A stretch of DNA of 64,000 nucleotides. Origin: an uncultured virus (IMG/VR IMGVR_UViG_3300010150_000013) (Duplodnaviria > Heunggongvirae > Uroviricota > Caudoviricetes). Positions 27,047-36,928 of the stretch are shown in pieces. The translations under genes were made by a program, and so were the position numbers. Position 1 is the first letter of the stretch; every line of letters starts with the position of its first letter. The notes under the pieces were generated by a model. That model was given only the letters and a program-made list of their open reading frames with translations, did not search any database and was not told where the DNA came from. Where the stretch lies: the IMG/VR virus record IMGVR_UViG_3300010150_000013, positions 1 to 64,000 of that record; one strand, written 5' to 3'.

Positions 27047-29715
27047 ATGAGTTACGTAGACGCTTTCTATGATAGAGGGCAAGACACCATCAACGTTGTT
27101 GAACGTGACGATAAAGGCAAACGTCATTATCGAGAATACAATCCCAGACATATTTTTTATTACGAGGATCCTAGAGGAAAATATAAATCCATCTATGGCA
27201 AACCATTATCAAGGGTAACTTGTAAAAACATCAAAGAACTTCGTAAAGAACTTGCTATTCACAGCAACAAAAAACTTTATGAGAGCGACATCAATCCAAT
27301 TTATAGAATGCTTGAGGACAACTATCTCAATCAAGACGCACCTAAACTAAACGTTGCTTTTTTTGATATTGAGGTTGACTTTGATCCTGAGCGAGGTTAT
27401 GCATCTCCTGAAGATGCTTTTATGCCTATTACTTCAATTGCTGTATACATGCAGTGGATGGAAACAATGGTATGTCTTGCTATTCCGCCTAAGACACTTT
27501 CAATGGAAGAAGCAAAGAAAACTATTGAAGGCATTGACAATGTTGTGCTGTTTGAAAAAGAAAGCGAAATGCTAGATGCATTTTTAGATCTTATACAAGA
27601 TGCTGATGTACTAAGTGGCTGGAACAGCGAAGGATTTGATATTCCGTACACAGTTAATAGAATTACAAAAACGTTAAGCAAAGAAGATACAAAAAGATTA
27701 TGTCTTTGGAATCAGTATCCTAAAAAACGTGAGTATGAAAAGTTTGGTAAAACATCTGTACATATGATTTAATTGGTAGAGTGCATGTTGACTCACTAGA
27801 ACTTTATAGAAAATATAACTACGAAGAACGTCATACATATCGACTTGATGCTATTGGCGAACTAGAAGTTGGCGAAACAAAAACAGTTTATGAAGGTTCT
27901 CTTGATTCACTTTACAACAACGACTTTAGAACATTTATTGAATATAACATTCAAGATACTGCACTACTTGACAAACTAGATAAGAAACTTAAATTTATTG
28001 ATCTTGCTAATACTGTTGCACATGAGAATACAGTTCTTATTCAAACTACTATGGGTGCTGTTGCTGTTACAGAACAAGGTATTATTAACGAAGCACACAG
28101 ACGTGGGTTTATTGTTCCTAACAGAGTAAGACGTGAACCAGGTAGTGAGCCTGCGGCAGGTGCTTATGTTGCATATCCTAAGAAAGGTATTCATGAATGG
28201 ATTGGTAGTGTTGACTTGAATTCACTGTATCCATCTGTTATTAGAGCTTTGAATATGGGTCCTGAAACAATTGTAGGACAACTAAGACAAGACGGAACAA
28301 AAGCACGTATTGAAGGCGAAATGGCAAAAGGTAAAAGTTTTGCAAATGCTTGGGAAGGACAATTTGGTTCTGTTGAGTTTGACTCTGTTATGGAACGTGA
28401 AGTAGGTAGGCAGATTACTATCGACTGGGAAGACAGCGACAAAAGCGATACAATTAGTGCGGCACAAGTATATGATTTAATCTTTGAAAGCAATCAGCCT
28501 TGGATGCTAAGTGCTAATGGTACCATCTTTACATATGAAAAAGAAGGTGTTATTCCTGGACTGCTAAAACGTTGGTATAAAGAACGTAAAGAAATGCAGG
28601 CAAAGATGCGTGATGCAATCAAAGCAAAGAATCCTATCGAAGAAGAGTACTGGGCAAAAAGACAACTTGTTAAAAAGATTCTACTTAACAGTTTGTATGG
28701 TGCTATTCTTAATCCAGGTTGTAGATTCTTTGATAACCGTATTGGACAGTCAACTACACTTACAGGTAGACAGATTGTTAAGCATATGAGTGCAAAGGTT
28801 AATGAGATTATTACAGGCGAGTACAACCATACAGGTAAGTCAATTGTGTATGGTGATACTGATTCATCTTACTTTAGTGCATACAGTACGTTAAAAGAAG
28901 AGATTGATAAAGGAAACATTCCTTGGGATAAAGATAGTGTTATGGCATTGTATGATCAAATCTGCGATGAAGCAAATACTACGTTTCCTAAGTTTATGGC
29001 TGAAACTTTCCATTGTCCTAAAAGCAGATCAGATGTTATTGCGGCAGCAAGAGAGATTGTTGCAAGTAAAGGTCTGTTTATTACAAAGAAAAGATATGCA
29101 GTTCTATACTATGACGTAGAAGGTAAGCGTGTAGATACTGAAGGAAAGCCAGGTAAGATCAAAGCAATGGGTTTAGACTTGAAACGTTCTGATACTCCTG
29201 TTGTTATTCAAGACTTTTTGAGTAATGTATTAGAAATGGTACTAGCAGGTAAAGAACAACAAGACGTACTAGATTACATTACAGAATTTAGAACTGAATT
29301 TAAAACAAGACCTGGTTGGGAGAAAGGTAGTCCGAAACGTGCAAACAAGATTACTGAGTACGGCAACAAAGAAAAGAAACAAGGTAAAGCAAATATGCCT
29401 GGACATGTTCGTGCAAGTATTAATTGGAATACCTTAAAGCGTATGGAAGATGACAAATATTCCATAACTATTACAGATGGTGCGAAAGTAATTGTTTGTA
29501 AAGTTAAAGATAACCCTATGGGATTCACTAGTGTTGCGTATCCTGTAGATGAATTACGTTTGCCAGAATGGTTTAAAAAACTGCCTTTCAACGATGCTGA
29601 AATGGAAAATTCAGTAATTGATGAAAAGCTAGGTAACCTTATTGGTGTGTTAGAGTGGGATATCAGCTCTACAAGAAGTGATAACAACTTTAACAAATTG
29701 TTTGATTTTGATTAA
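27047..29715 (+). CDS. polB: Family B DNA polymerase (T4 gp43-like), interrupted by a 1-nt frameshift near 27760
   Basis: ExoI FFDIEV and ExoII GWNSEGFDIPY in 27047-27772. YNIQD, DLNSLYPS, KILLNSLYG, YGDTDS, KKRYA in 27781-29715. The -1 frame TYDLIGRVH bridges the two ORFs. Confidence 0.9.
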
Positions 29716-29732
29716 ATTGGTTAAAAAAATTC

Positions 29733-29761
29733 TTGCAATTAAACAAAAACCTAAATATAAT
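29733..29761 (+). promoter_or_regulatory. Sigma70-like promoter with overlapping TAAATA
   Basis: TTGCAA-17nt-TATAAT. TAAATA at 29752. Confidence 0.7.
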
Positions 29762-29788
29762 GTATATTAACAAACGGAGAACTCTATA

Positions 29789-30526
29789 ATGAAAGACATT
29801 CTAAAAGATATTGTGGAACATACACAAAACTTGGGCTTTCTTACAACTGTAAAGATTACAGGCGAAGAAGGTTCAACTACTATGTTTTCAATGGCTGATG
29901 ACAGATCAGTTATAATGGAAGCAACTACACATAATCCTTATCCGGATATGATTGGCGTATTTGGTATGCCGCAGTTGCAAAAACTAAAATATTTACTTGA
30001 CGGTAGTGAGTATCAAAAAGATGCTGTAATTACTGTAAAGTCAGGTGAACGCAATGGTGCAACTATTCCTACAGGATTAGAATTTGTAAACAAAGACGCA
30101 GACTTTAAAAACACTTATCAGTTTATGCTTACAGAACACATCAACGAAAAGATGAAAACTGTTAAGTTTAGAGGCGTTAACTGGGACGTAGAAGTAAGTC
30201 CTTCACTTCCAGCAGTACAGCGTTTTAATTTCCAAGCAGGCGCTAACAGCGAACATCCTACATTCTTAGCAAAGACTGACGGTACTAACTTAAAGTTTAT
30301 CTTTGGTGATGCATCATCACATGGTGGTGAGTTTGTATTTGCACAAGATGTTGAAGGAACATTAGACAGAGGCTGGACATGGCCTGTAGCAAGTGTACTT
30401 GCAATCTTAAAAATTGCAGATGTTAACAACACTAAGATGAGCTTGAGTAATGAAGGTGCTATTCAAATTGAATTAGACAGCGGACTTGCTTCATACAAAT
30501 ATATCATTCCAGCACAGGCGGCCTAA
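29789..30526 (+). CDS. Sliding clamp (gp45/PCNA-like)
   Basis: 245 aa directly after polB. Clamp loader present in window. C-terminal YKYIIPA resembles PCNA/gp45 end. Confidence 0.65.
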   Translation: MKDILKDIVEHTQNLGFLTTVKITGEEGSTTMFSMADDRSVIMEATTHNPYPDMIGVFGMPQLQKLKYLLDGSEYQKDAVITVKSGERNGATIPTGLEFVNKDADFKNTYQFMLTEHINEKMKTVKFRGVNWDVEVSPSLPAVQRFNFQAGANSEHPTFLAKTDGTNLKFIFGDASSHGGEFVFAQDVEGTLDRGWTWPVASVLAILKIADVNNTKMSLSNEGAIQIELDSGLASYKYIIPAQAA

Positions 30527-30534
30527 ATAATATT

Positions 30535-32079
30535 ATGAAACCAGTCAACTTAACACCATTACAAAAGGACTATGCTGTGTATCTACCAGCGATTAGTTCT
30601 TTCTTTAGCACATATATTGCTAAACAGAGGCAAGGAGAGTTTGTTCCGAACGATCGTATTCCTAAAGGATTTGATCGTGGAATAGAAGGTATGAACTTCC
30701 TTAATGCAGACGCAGGATACTACACATACAAATATGGTTTGTATTCCGCAGGTCACGCACAATTAAACTTAGAAAAGACTATGACACAAGATGCCATGGT
30801 CCAAGAACGTGATAGAAATAACACTATGATACTAGGTGACTCGGGTGGTTATCAGGTTGGTAAAGGTGTTCTTAAATTTGATTGGTTAAACTTTGAAGGT
30901 GCTGCCGCAAACAAAACACGTGATGATATTCTTAATTGGCTAGAGCTTACAGCAGATTGGTCAATGCTACTTGATGTTCCGACTTGGGCTTGTGATCATA
31001 TTCATGCTCCTAAAACAGGACTTAAAAGTTTTGAAGATTGCTTAGACAAGACACGTTACAATAACAAGTATTGGTTAGAACGTAGACTTGGTGCTACAAA
31101 GTTCTTAAACGTTTTACAAGGATCAGACTGGGATACTGCTGAGAAGTGGTACGAAGGTGTTAAAGAGTTCTCCGATCCAAACGTTTGGGGCGATAAAGCA
31201 TGTGAAGGTTGGGCAATGGGCGGTGCTAATATGTGCAAGATGCCTATTACATTACGTAGGTTAATGACTTTGAAATTTGATGGTATGTTAGAAGGCAAGG
31301 ACTGGATGCACTTCTTAGGTACTGCACAACTTGATTGGTCATGTTACTTAACTAGTATTCAAAGACAAGTACGTAAACACATCAACGAAAACTTTACAGT
31401 AAGTTTTGACTGTGCTAGTCCGTTTATTGCAACTGCACACGGTCTTGTGTATACAAATGCACAACACACAGCAAAGCGTTGGTCAGTGATTATGGACAAG
31501 GCTCCAGATAATAAAGCACTTGCTAATCAACATGATATTCCATTTCCATTCGAAAGTGAAATTGGTAGACGTTTATCTATTGCTGACATTTGTCATTATG
31601 CTCCTGGCATGTTGAACAAGATTGGTAAAGAAGGTAAAACTAGTTGGGATAGTTTTGGTTATGCATTAATGATGGCACATAATGTTTACTGTCACATTGT
31701 AGCAGTACAACGTGCTAATCAACTTACTGACATTGAAATTAAGAAAGTAAGACCAGATTGGAGACTATGGCGTAAAGTTAAAGACGCAGATAAGAGTGAT
31801 GAATATTCGGAATGGGTACCACGTAACATTTTGTACTTCGATCGTTTTATTGAAGAACTGTTCGAACAACCTACTAAAGAGGCAGCGTTTGCAATGATTA
31901 AAGAAGCAGACAGTTTCCTTAAAAACTTAGAAGGTGCAAGACTACGTGGAGGTGTTACAAACATTTCGAATTCGTTGTTCGTTGAAGTTGATGATGAAGG
32001 TAAAGAAGAAACTCCATGGACTGACGACAGAGAAGACACTGAACTAGATAAACTAGAAAGTGAACTAACGGAGGCATAA
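30535..32079 (+). CDS. dpdA: tRNA-guanine transglycosylase-like DNA base-exchange enzyme (DpdA family)
   Basis: TGT motifs GDSGGYQ, MLLDVP, NVLQG, GWAMGG, HFLG, SFDCASP. Clustered with folE and queE. Confidence 0.8.
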   Translation: MKPVNLTPLQKDYAVYLPAISSFFSTYIAKQRQGEFVPNDRIPKGFDRGIEGMNFLNADAGYYTYKYGLYSAGHAQLNLEKTMTQDAMVQERDRNNTMILGDSGGYQVGKGVLKFDWLNFEGAAANKTRDDILNWLELTADWSMLLDVPTWACDHIHAPKTGLKSFEDCLDKTRYNNKYWLERRLGATKFLNVLQGSDWDTAEKWYEGVKEFSDPNVWGDKACEGWAMGGANMCKMPITLRRLMTLKFDGMLEGKDWMHFLGTAQLDWSCYLTSIQRQVRKHINENFTVSFDCASPFIATAHGLVYTNAQHTAKRWSVIMDKAPDNKALANQHDIPFPFESEIGRRLSIADICHYAPGMLNKIGKEGKTSWDSFGYALMMAHNVYCHIVAVQRANQLTDIEIKKVRPDWRLWRKVKDADKSDEYSEWVPRNILYFDRFIEELFEQPTKEAAFAMIKEADSFLKNLEGARLRGGVTNISNSLFVEVDDEGKEETPWTDDREDTELDKLESELTEA

Positions 32080-32361
32080 ATGAAGAAACTAGTAACAATA
32101 GTTGCAGCAATTATGTTTGCAACAATAGCACAGGCAAATGATAATCCAATTATCAAGAATGTTGAAGGCGCAAAAGACTTTGCGGTAAACAACAAGGTAT
32201 CACAGTTTGTTATTCAAGAATATAACGATACTGTAGCATATCAAAAAGATAGTTGGCAACAGGGTAAAGACCAACTTGCAGATAATAAAGAACAAATTGT
32301 TGGTATCTTTAATAACGTCAAAGGTGCATTTACGCACTACTTTGGTAACGAAAGTCAATAG
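32080..32361 (+). CDS. Secreted/periplasmic small protein
   Basis: Sec signal MKKLVTIVAAIMFATIAQA. SD GGAGG. Confidence 0.7.
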   Translation: MKKLVTIVAAIMFATIAQANDNPIIKNVEGAKDFAVNNKVSQFVIQEYNDTVAYQKDSWQQGKDQLADNKEQIVGIFNNVKGAFTHYFGNESQ

Positions 32362-32370
32362 GAAGTAATT

Positions 32371-32895
32371 ATGAAAAGGTCATACAAACAAGGCACAAGC
32401 AGTGACGCAACATATTTTGTTGGTGTTGAAGTAGAACATACTCCTGCATATGGTAGGAAAACATTGTTCGTAACAGGACTTCAAAGCGTTGATGAAATTG
32501 CCAGCCAGTATTCAAAGAACGATTGCGAACATATCTTCTTTGGTGCAAACCACAGTTTTCAACCAAGTCAAGATTCAGACTACGGTGAGTGGGAGGCTAT
32601 GATCGAACCATTCCTAGATGATGACATTTGTTGCACTTTGGACATTCCAATTGCAAATGCGGAAGATATGCTTGAAAGTTCTTTAATTGAATTTGACAAC
32701 TTTATTCCGCAACTGCGTGTACCTATTCCTTATATTGAACAGTTTGGGTACAATGCTACAATTAAAATTGATGACAAAGATTTTAAAGCAACAAATCCAG
32801 GTGTTTGGACACACAGTATACACGAACTAATGGACCGTTCAAAATTTACACCTTGGCGTGAATATGAAAATGATGATATCGTAGATAATGATTGA
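32371..32895 (+). CDS. Hypothetical protein in deazaguanine cluster
   Basis: GVEVEHTPAYG, HIFFGANHSF, NPGVWTH motifs. No family recognised. Confidence 0.75.
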   Translation: MKRSYKQGTSSDATYFVGVEVEHTPAYGRKTLFVTGLQSVDEIASQYSKNDCEHIFFGANHSFQPSQDSDYGEWEAMIEPFLDDDICCTLDIPIANAEDMLESSLIEFDNFIPQLRVPIPYIEQFGYNATIKIDDKDFKATNPGVWTHSIHELMDRSKFTPWREYENDDIVDND

Positions 32896-32920
32896 CACTA
32901 GAATTAAAGGGTGCTATAAT
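32892..32920 (+). promoter_or_regulatory. Consensus sigma70 promoter with extended -10
   Basis: TTGACA-17nt-TATAAT with TGn before -10. Confidence 0.8.
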
Positions 32921-33380
32921 GAAACAAGAACGTTATTACGACTACATGGGGCGTAGAATGAGAGAAGAAGATATGAAACAAGGCAAAGAAAATGCATTGC
33001 AAAACGCAAAGCGAATGATTTGGGTAACCTTTACAAAAGAAGGTATCCACAAGTATCCTGCGGCACTAGATGATCCTAGTCTTGCAACAGGTGATGAATA
33101 TGATGTAAGTTTTTTGGGTTATCCACACAGACACATATTCCATTTTAAAGTAGGTATCGCTGTAACACACAATGACAGAGATATTGAGTTTATTCAGTTT
33201 AAACGTTGGATGGAGAAGTTATACGCAGAAAAAACATTAGAACTTGACTATAAGTCCTGTGAAATGATGTCAGATGATTTGTGGCATCAAATTACAAACA
33301 AATATCCCGGACGTGAAGTCCACATCGATGTCTCCGAAGATGGAGAGAACGGTGCCCACATTGAGTATGCTAGTTATTAA
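32919..33380 (+). CDS. QueD-like T-fold protein with LxxxHRHxF motif (DpdL-like candidate)
   Basis: GIHKYP...FLGYPHRHIFHF...IEFI...SCEMM...VSEDGENGA. Start codon uncertain. Confidence 0.7.
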   Translation: MKQERYYDYMGRRMREEDMKQGKENALQNAKRMIWVTFTKEGIHKYPAALDDPSLATGDEYDVSFLGYPHRHIFHFKVGIAVTHNDRDIEFIQFKRWMEKLYAEKTLELDYKSCEMMSDDLWHQITNKYPGREVHIDVSEDGENGAHIEYASY

Positions 33381-33392
33381 AGGAGACCTAAA

Positions 33393-33593
33393 ATGGGTTA
33401 CTGGCAAGACCGCCCTGAGGTGGTTAAGATCTTCAATGATCTTGACTTGTATAGAGACTTTTGTCGTTACAACGGCTTTAAGTTTAATGAAAAAGATCTC
33501 TATAAAAAAGAGAGTCGCGCATGGAGGGCTTTCGAGAATCGCAACAATCATAAGAGGGCGTTTCGAAACAAATTTAACAAACGGAGAAACTAG
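33393..33593 (+). CDS. Small basic hypothetical protein
   Basis: SD AAGGAG. Confidence 0.7.
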   Translation: MGYWQDRPEVVKIFNDLDLYRDFCRYNGFKFNEKDLYKKESRAWRAFENRNNHKRAFRNKFNKRRN

Positions 33594-34634
33594 ATGAAAA
33601 TATGGCTTGTTGACTTAGAAGCAGTCGAAACACGTTACACTAAGCAGTGGAAAACTGAATTTCCTAAACTGCTAAAAGCCAACGGTCATGACGTTCATGT
33701 AGTTAACGGAGGAGATACGCCTCAGGCTACAACACCTGGGGCGTTTCTTAACTTTGGCGGAACTAATGTTTATAAAAGTAAACAACTAGAGCAAATTGCA
33801 GAGGCGTTTTGTAATGGAGAAGTTAAGGACGGCGATTATTTTCTGTACACTGATGCCTGGAATCCTACAGTGGTACAATTACGCTACATGGCAGAACTAT
33901 TGGGTATTAACATTCGCATTGGTGGTATGTGGCATGCTGGTAGTTATGATCCACAAGATTTTTTAGGCAGACTAATAGGTGATAAGCCTTGGGTTAGAAA
34001 TGCAGAACGTAGTATGTTTGAATGTTATGATCATAATTATTTTGCAACAGAGTTTCATATAGATATGTTCTTTCAATCATTTCCAGAACTAGATAGATCT
34101 AAAGTTGTACAAACTGGTTGGCCATTTCATTATATGGATAGTACATTAACTATGTACAAAGGAATGCCAAAGCGTGACTTAATTTTATTCCCTCATAGGA
34201 TTGCTCCTGAAAAGCAAGTTGAAATATTCCGTGATCTTGCTGATCAACTTCCACAATATGAATGGGTAGTTTGTCAAGAACGTGAACTATCAAAGAACGA
34301 ATATCACAACTTACTAGGAGAAGCAAAACTTGTGTTTAGTGCTAACTTGCAAGAAACACTAGGTATTAGTTGGTATGAAGGTGCTCTTGTTGGAGCATTG
34401 CCTATGGTACCAGACAGATTAAGTTATACTGAAATGGGTTTGCTGCCTTTCAAATATCCTAGTAATTGGACAATAGATTGGAAAACCTATATTTCCAATA
34501 GAGAGGCTGTGAAAGAACGTGTAATTGACTATATGGAAAATTACAAAAGTTTTCTTCCTAGCCTAAATAAACAAGTAGAAACACTGAATGAAAAATATTT
34601 CAGTTGCAATGATCTACTAAAGGTGCTAAAATAA
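33594..34634 (+). CDS. GT-B fold glycosyltransferase (GT4-like)
   Basis: WHAG, FPHRIAPEKQ, QETLGISWYEG (E-x7-E) motifs. Confidence 0.8.
   Translation: MKIWLVDLEAVETRYTKQWKTEFPKLLKANGHDVHVVNGGDTPQATTPGAFLNFGGTNVYKSKQLEQIAEAFCNGEVKDGDYFLYTDAWNPTVVQLRYMAELLGINIRIGGMWHAGSYDPQDFLGRLIGDKPWVRNAERSMFECYDHNYFATEFHIDMFFQSFPELDRSKVVQTGWPFHYMDSTLTMYKGMPKRDLILFPHRIAPEKQVEIFRDLADQLPQYEWVVCQERELSKNEYHNLLGEAKLVFSANLQETLGISWYEGALVGALPMVPDRLSYTEMGLLPFKYPSNWTIDWKTYISNREAVKERVIDYMENYKSFLPSLNKQVETLNEKYFSCNDLLKVLK
34604..34632 (+). promoter_or_regulatory. Sigma70-like promoter for folE
   Basis: TTGCAA-17nt-TAAAAT with extended TG. Confidence 0.6.
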
Positions 34635-34678
34635 TATTATTAAAAAGGCAATCCACTGCCTAAACATCGGAGAAATAA

Positions 34679-35362
34679 ATGGAAAAAGTAAAAGAAATTA
34701 AAAAACGCTTAGAAGAAGCAGGTCTTAGATATTGGGCGAATGACAATATCAGTGAAGTGCTTCAAGAAGGCGATAAACAACAACTTATCGAAGAAGCAGT
34801 TCCTGCTTTTGAAAATGTGTTACAGCACTTGTTGATTGATACAAAAACAGATCCTAACAGTCAAGATACTGCAAGGCGTATGGCAAAGATGTACATCAAT
34901 GAAATTATGAGTGGACGTTATAATCCAATGCCTAACCCAAGTAGTTTTCCTAACTACATCGAAGATGGTTATGAAGGTATGCTAGTTGTACGTAGTGAAC
35001 TTACAAGTTTGTGTTCACATCATCATCAGACTGTTAAAGGTGTAGCATACATTGGTATTATTGCTGGTCCTAAGTTACTTGGTCTTAGCAAATACACAAG
35101 GATTGCACAATGGTGTGCTATGCGTGGAACACTACAAGAAGAACTAAATGTTATGATTGCAAACGCAATACAAAAAGAAACAGGCAGTGAAAATGTAGGT
35201 GTCTATGTACAAGCAACACATGGTTGTTGCGAAAACAGAGGTATTAGAGCTCATAGCAGTTTAACACAAACAACTGTATTACGTGGTGCATTTAAAAATG
35301 ATCCTGCAACTAAGAAAGAGTTTATGGATAATGTTAAACTGCAACAACAGTTTGCTTGTTAA
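34679..35362 (+). CDS. folE: GTP cyclohydrolase I
   Basis: TARRMAKMY, SLCSHH, GLSKY, LQEEL, HGCCENRG. Confidence 0.92.
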   Translation: MEKVKEIKKRLEEAGLRYWANDNISEVLQEGDKQQLIEEAVPAFENVLQHLLIDTKTDPNSQDTARRMAKMYINEIMSGRYNPMPNPSSFPNYIEDGYEGMLVVRSELTSLCSHHHQTVKGVAYIGIIAGPKLLGLSKYTRIAQWCAMRGTLQEELNVMIANAIQKETGSENVGVYVQATHGCCENRGIRAHSSLTQTTVLRGAFKNDPATKKEFMDNVKLQQQFAC

Positions 35363-35370
35363 GGAGTAGT

Positions 35371-35586
35371 ATGCCAATACCAGAAAAAATAATAGTTCCA
35401 GCAAATAGAGATCCAGGTGATAATCATTTTGCTGTAAGTTTAGTAAAGAGTATATTTAGAATAGTCGGCTGTGGGTGTTTAATTTACGGAGGCTATATGT
35501 TAGAACAATTTGGTTTGCTTTTTATAGCAGCCGGAGCAATCTTTGCCTTAGCAGAAGTGCTAGGCATTATAGAGGAGATAGTATGA
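35371..35586 (+). CDS. Small 2-TM membrane protein
   Basis: SD AAGGAG before 35371. Two hydrophobic segments. Confidence 0.65.
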   Translation: MPIPEKIIVPANRDPGDNHFAVSLVKSIFRIVGCGCLIYGGYMLEQFGLLFIAAGAIFALAEVLGIIEEIV

Positions 35587-35813
35587 ACATTCATAAGAAA
35601 AGAGTTTACAGTGTATCAGAGCCAAAGAAGCCTGAGGACTGCATGGCGCTTACTCCAGCAGAAGCACTTATGTATAATCTAAAAGGTATTAGATTAATTG
35701 ACATGACTGAAAAGCATGGCATGACAGTGCAAAGACTAATGAATAGTCGAAAAGATACATCACATGAAAGGTATACTTATGGGACCATATTCGGAAACAA
35801 AACAACTGCATAG
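35583..35813 (+). CDS. Hypothetical protein
   Basis: SD AGGAG before ATG 35583. ATGA overlap. Confidence 0.55.
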   Translation: MNIHKKRVYSVSEPKKPEDCMALTPAEALMYNLKGIRLIDMTEKHGMTVQRLMNSRKDTSHERYTYGTIFGNKTTA

Positions 35814-35979
35814 AATTAGCAATATTAAAAAGGTACTTGCTAATAAAATGTTGCCTGAAGATACTCGTAGGATTTGGGAAACTAAACTTAACAGTATTGC
35901 AGTTGACGAAGATGAGTATAACAAAAGAGTAACAGAAACTTTTAAAAATGTGAAGAGAGGTTATATTCACAAATGTTAA
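35764..35979 (+). CDS. Hypothetical protein
   Basis: Fills gap in operon. Start uncertain. Confidence 0.55.
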   Translation: MKGILMGPYSETKQLHRISNIKKVLANKMLPEDTRRIWETKLNSIAVDEDEYNKRVTETFKNVKRGYIHKC

Positions 35980-36395
35980 CAAGGTTTTTAGAATGGGTTG
36001 GAAGAAAGCGTACTATCTATGATAGGACTGGTAGTATTCCTTATTTGGTTAGATACTATTTGTTTTTAAAAGACAGAAAAGACTTTCCTTTTAATATTAC
36101 ACTACACAAAGTACTAGTAAGTGATGAACCTACACTACATGATCACCCATGGAGTTGGGGAGCATTAATTCTAAAAGGCGGCTATTGGGAACATACACCA
36201 GAAGGTAAGTTTTGGCGTGGTCCTGGTAGTATACGTTTTAGAACAGCAAAAGATTTACATTGGTTAGAACTTGCAAAAGATAAAGATGGGAATGAAATTC
36301 CTTGTTGGAGCATTTTTTATATGGGTAAGAAAGCACAGCAATGGGGTTTTGTTAAGAATGGTAAGTGGATACATAACGAGGAATACTTAAAATAA
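35973..36395 (+). CDS. Cupin-like metal-binding protein
   Basis: LHDHPW...ILKGGYWE...H cupin pattern. Confidence 0.65.
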   Translation: MLTRFLEWVGRKRTIYDRTGSIPYLVRYYLFLKDRKDFPFNITLHKVLVSDEPTLHDHPWSWGALILKGGYWEHTPEGKFWRGPGSIRFRTAKDLHWLELAKDKDGNEIPCWSIFYMGKKAQQWGFVKNGKWIHNEEYLK

Positions 36396-36928
36396 TGATT
36401 AAGAAGCACTATTATAGTTGGCAAGATGTTGAAAAAATGTGTGTAAGCATAGTCAATCAGATGTACAAAAGTAACTGGAAGCCTGATTATATTGTAGGAA
36501 TAACAAGAGGTGGGAATGTTCCTGCTACTATTATTAGTAACATGACTGGCATACGTTGCGAAGCATTGAAAGTAAGTTTACGTGATGATAGTCGTGATAG
36601 CGAAAGCAACTGTTGGATGGCAGAAGATGCATTTGGTTATGGTGACGGCAAAAGTTATCCTAAAGCACGTAAAAATATTCTTATTATAGATGACATCAAT
36701 GACACTGGTGCTACGTTTAATTGGATTATGGAAGATTGGAAAGCAGGTTGTTTACCTGATAGCGAAGCATGGCAAGACATTTGGCAAGAAAATGTTCGCT
36801 TTGCATCACTTACTGAAAACCTAGCAAGTGATTTTGATAAGGTAGATTATACATGTCATGAAGTTAATAAAGCCGAGGAAGATGTTTGGTTAGTTTATCC
36901 TTGGGAAAATGTTGCTGACTATGCGTGA
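36395..36928 (+). CDS. Type I purine phosphoribosyltransferase (Gpt-like)
   Basis: IVGITRGG, ILIIDDINDTGAT PRPP loop, WLVYPWE. Confidence 0.85.
   Translation: MIKKHYYSWQDVEKMCVSIVNQMYKSNWKPDYIVGITRGGNVPATIISNMTGIRCEALKVSLRDDSRDSESNCWMAEDAFGYGDGKSYPKARKNILIIDDINDTGATFNWIMEDWKAGCLPDSEAWQDIWQENVRFASLTENLASDFDKVDYTCHEVNKAEEDVWLVYPWENVADYA

Noticed and set aside
27773..27780. Intron/intein or genuine two-subunit split of the polymerase
   Set aside because: There is no intervening sequence, and one added base restores a continuous reading frame.
34646..34672. Calling the folE leader a canonical preQ1-I riboswitch
   Set aside because: Loop is only 6 nt and lacks the consensus. Kept only as an unclassified candidate element.
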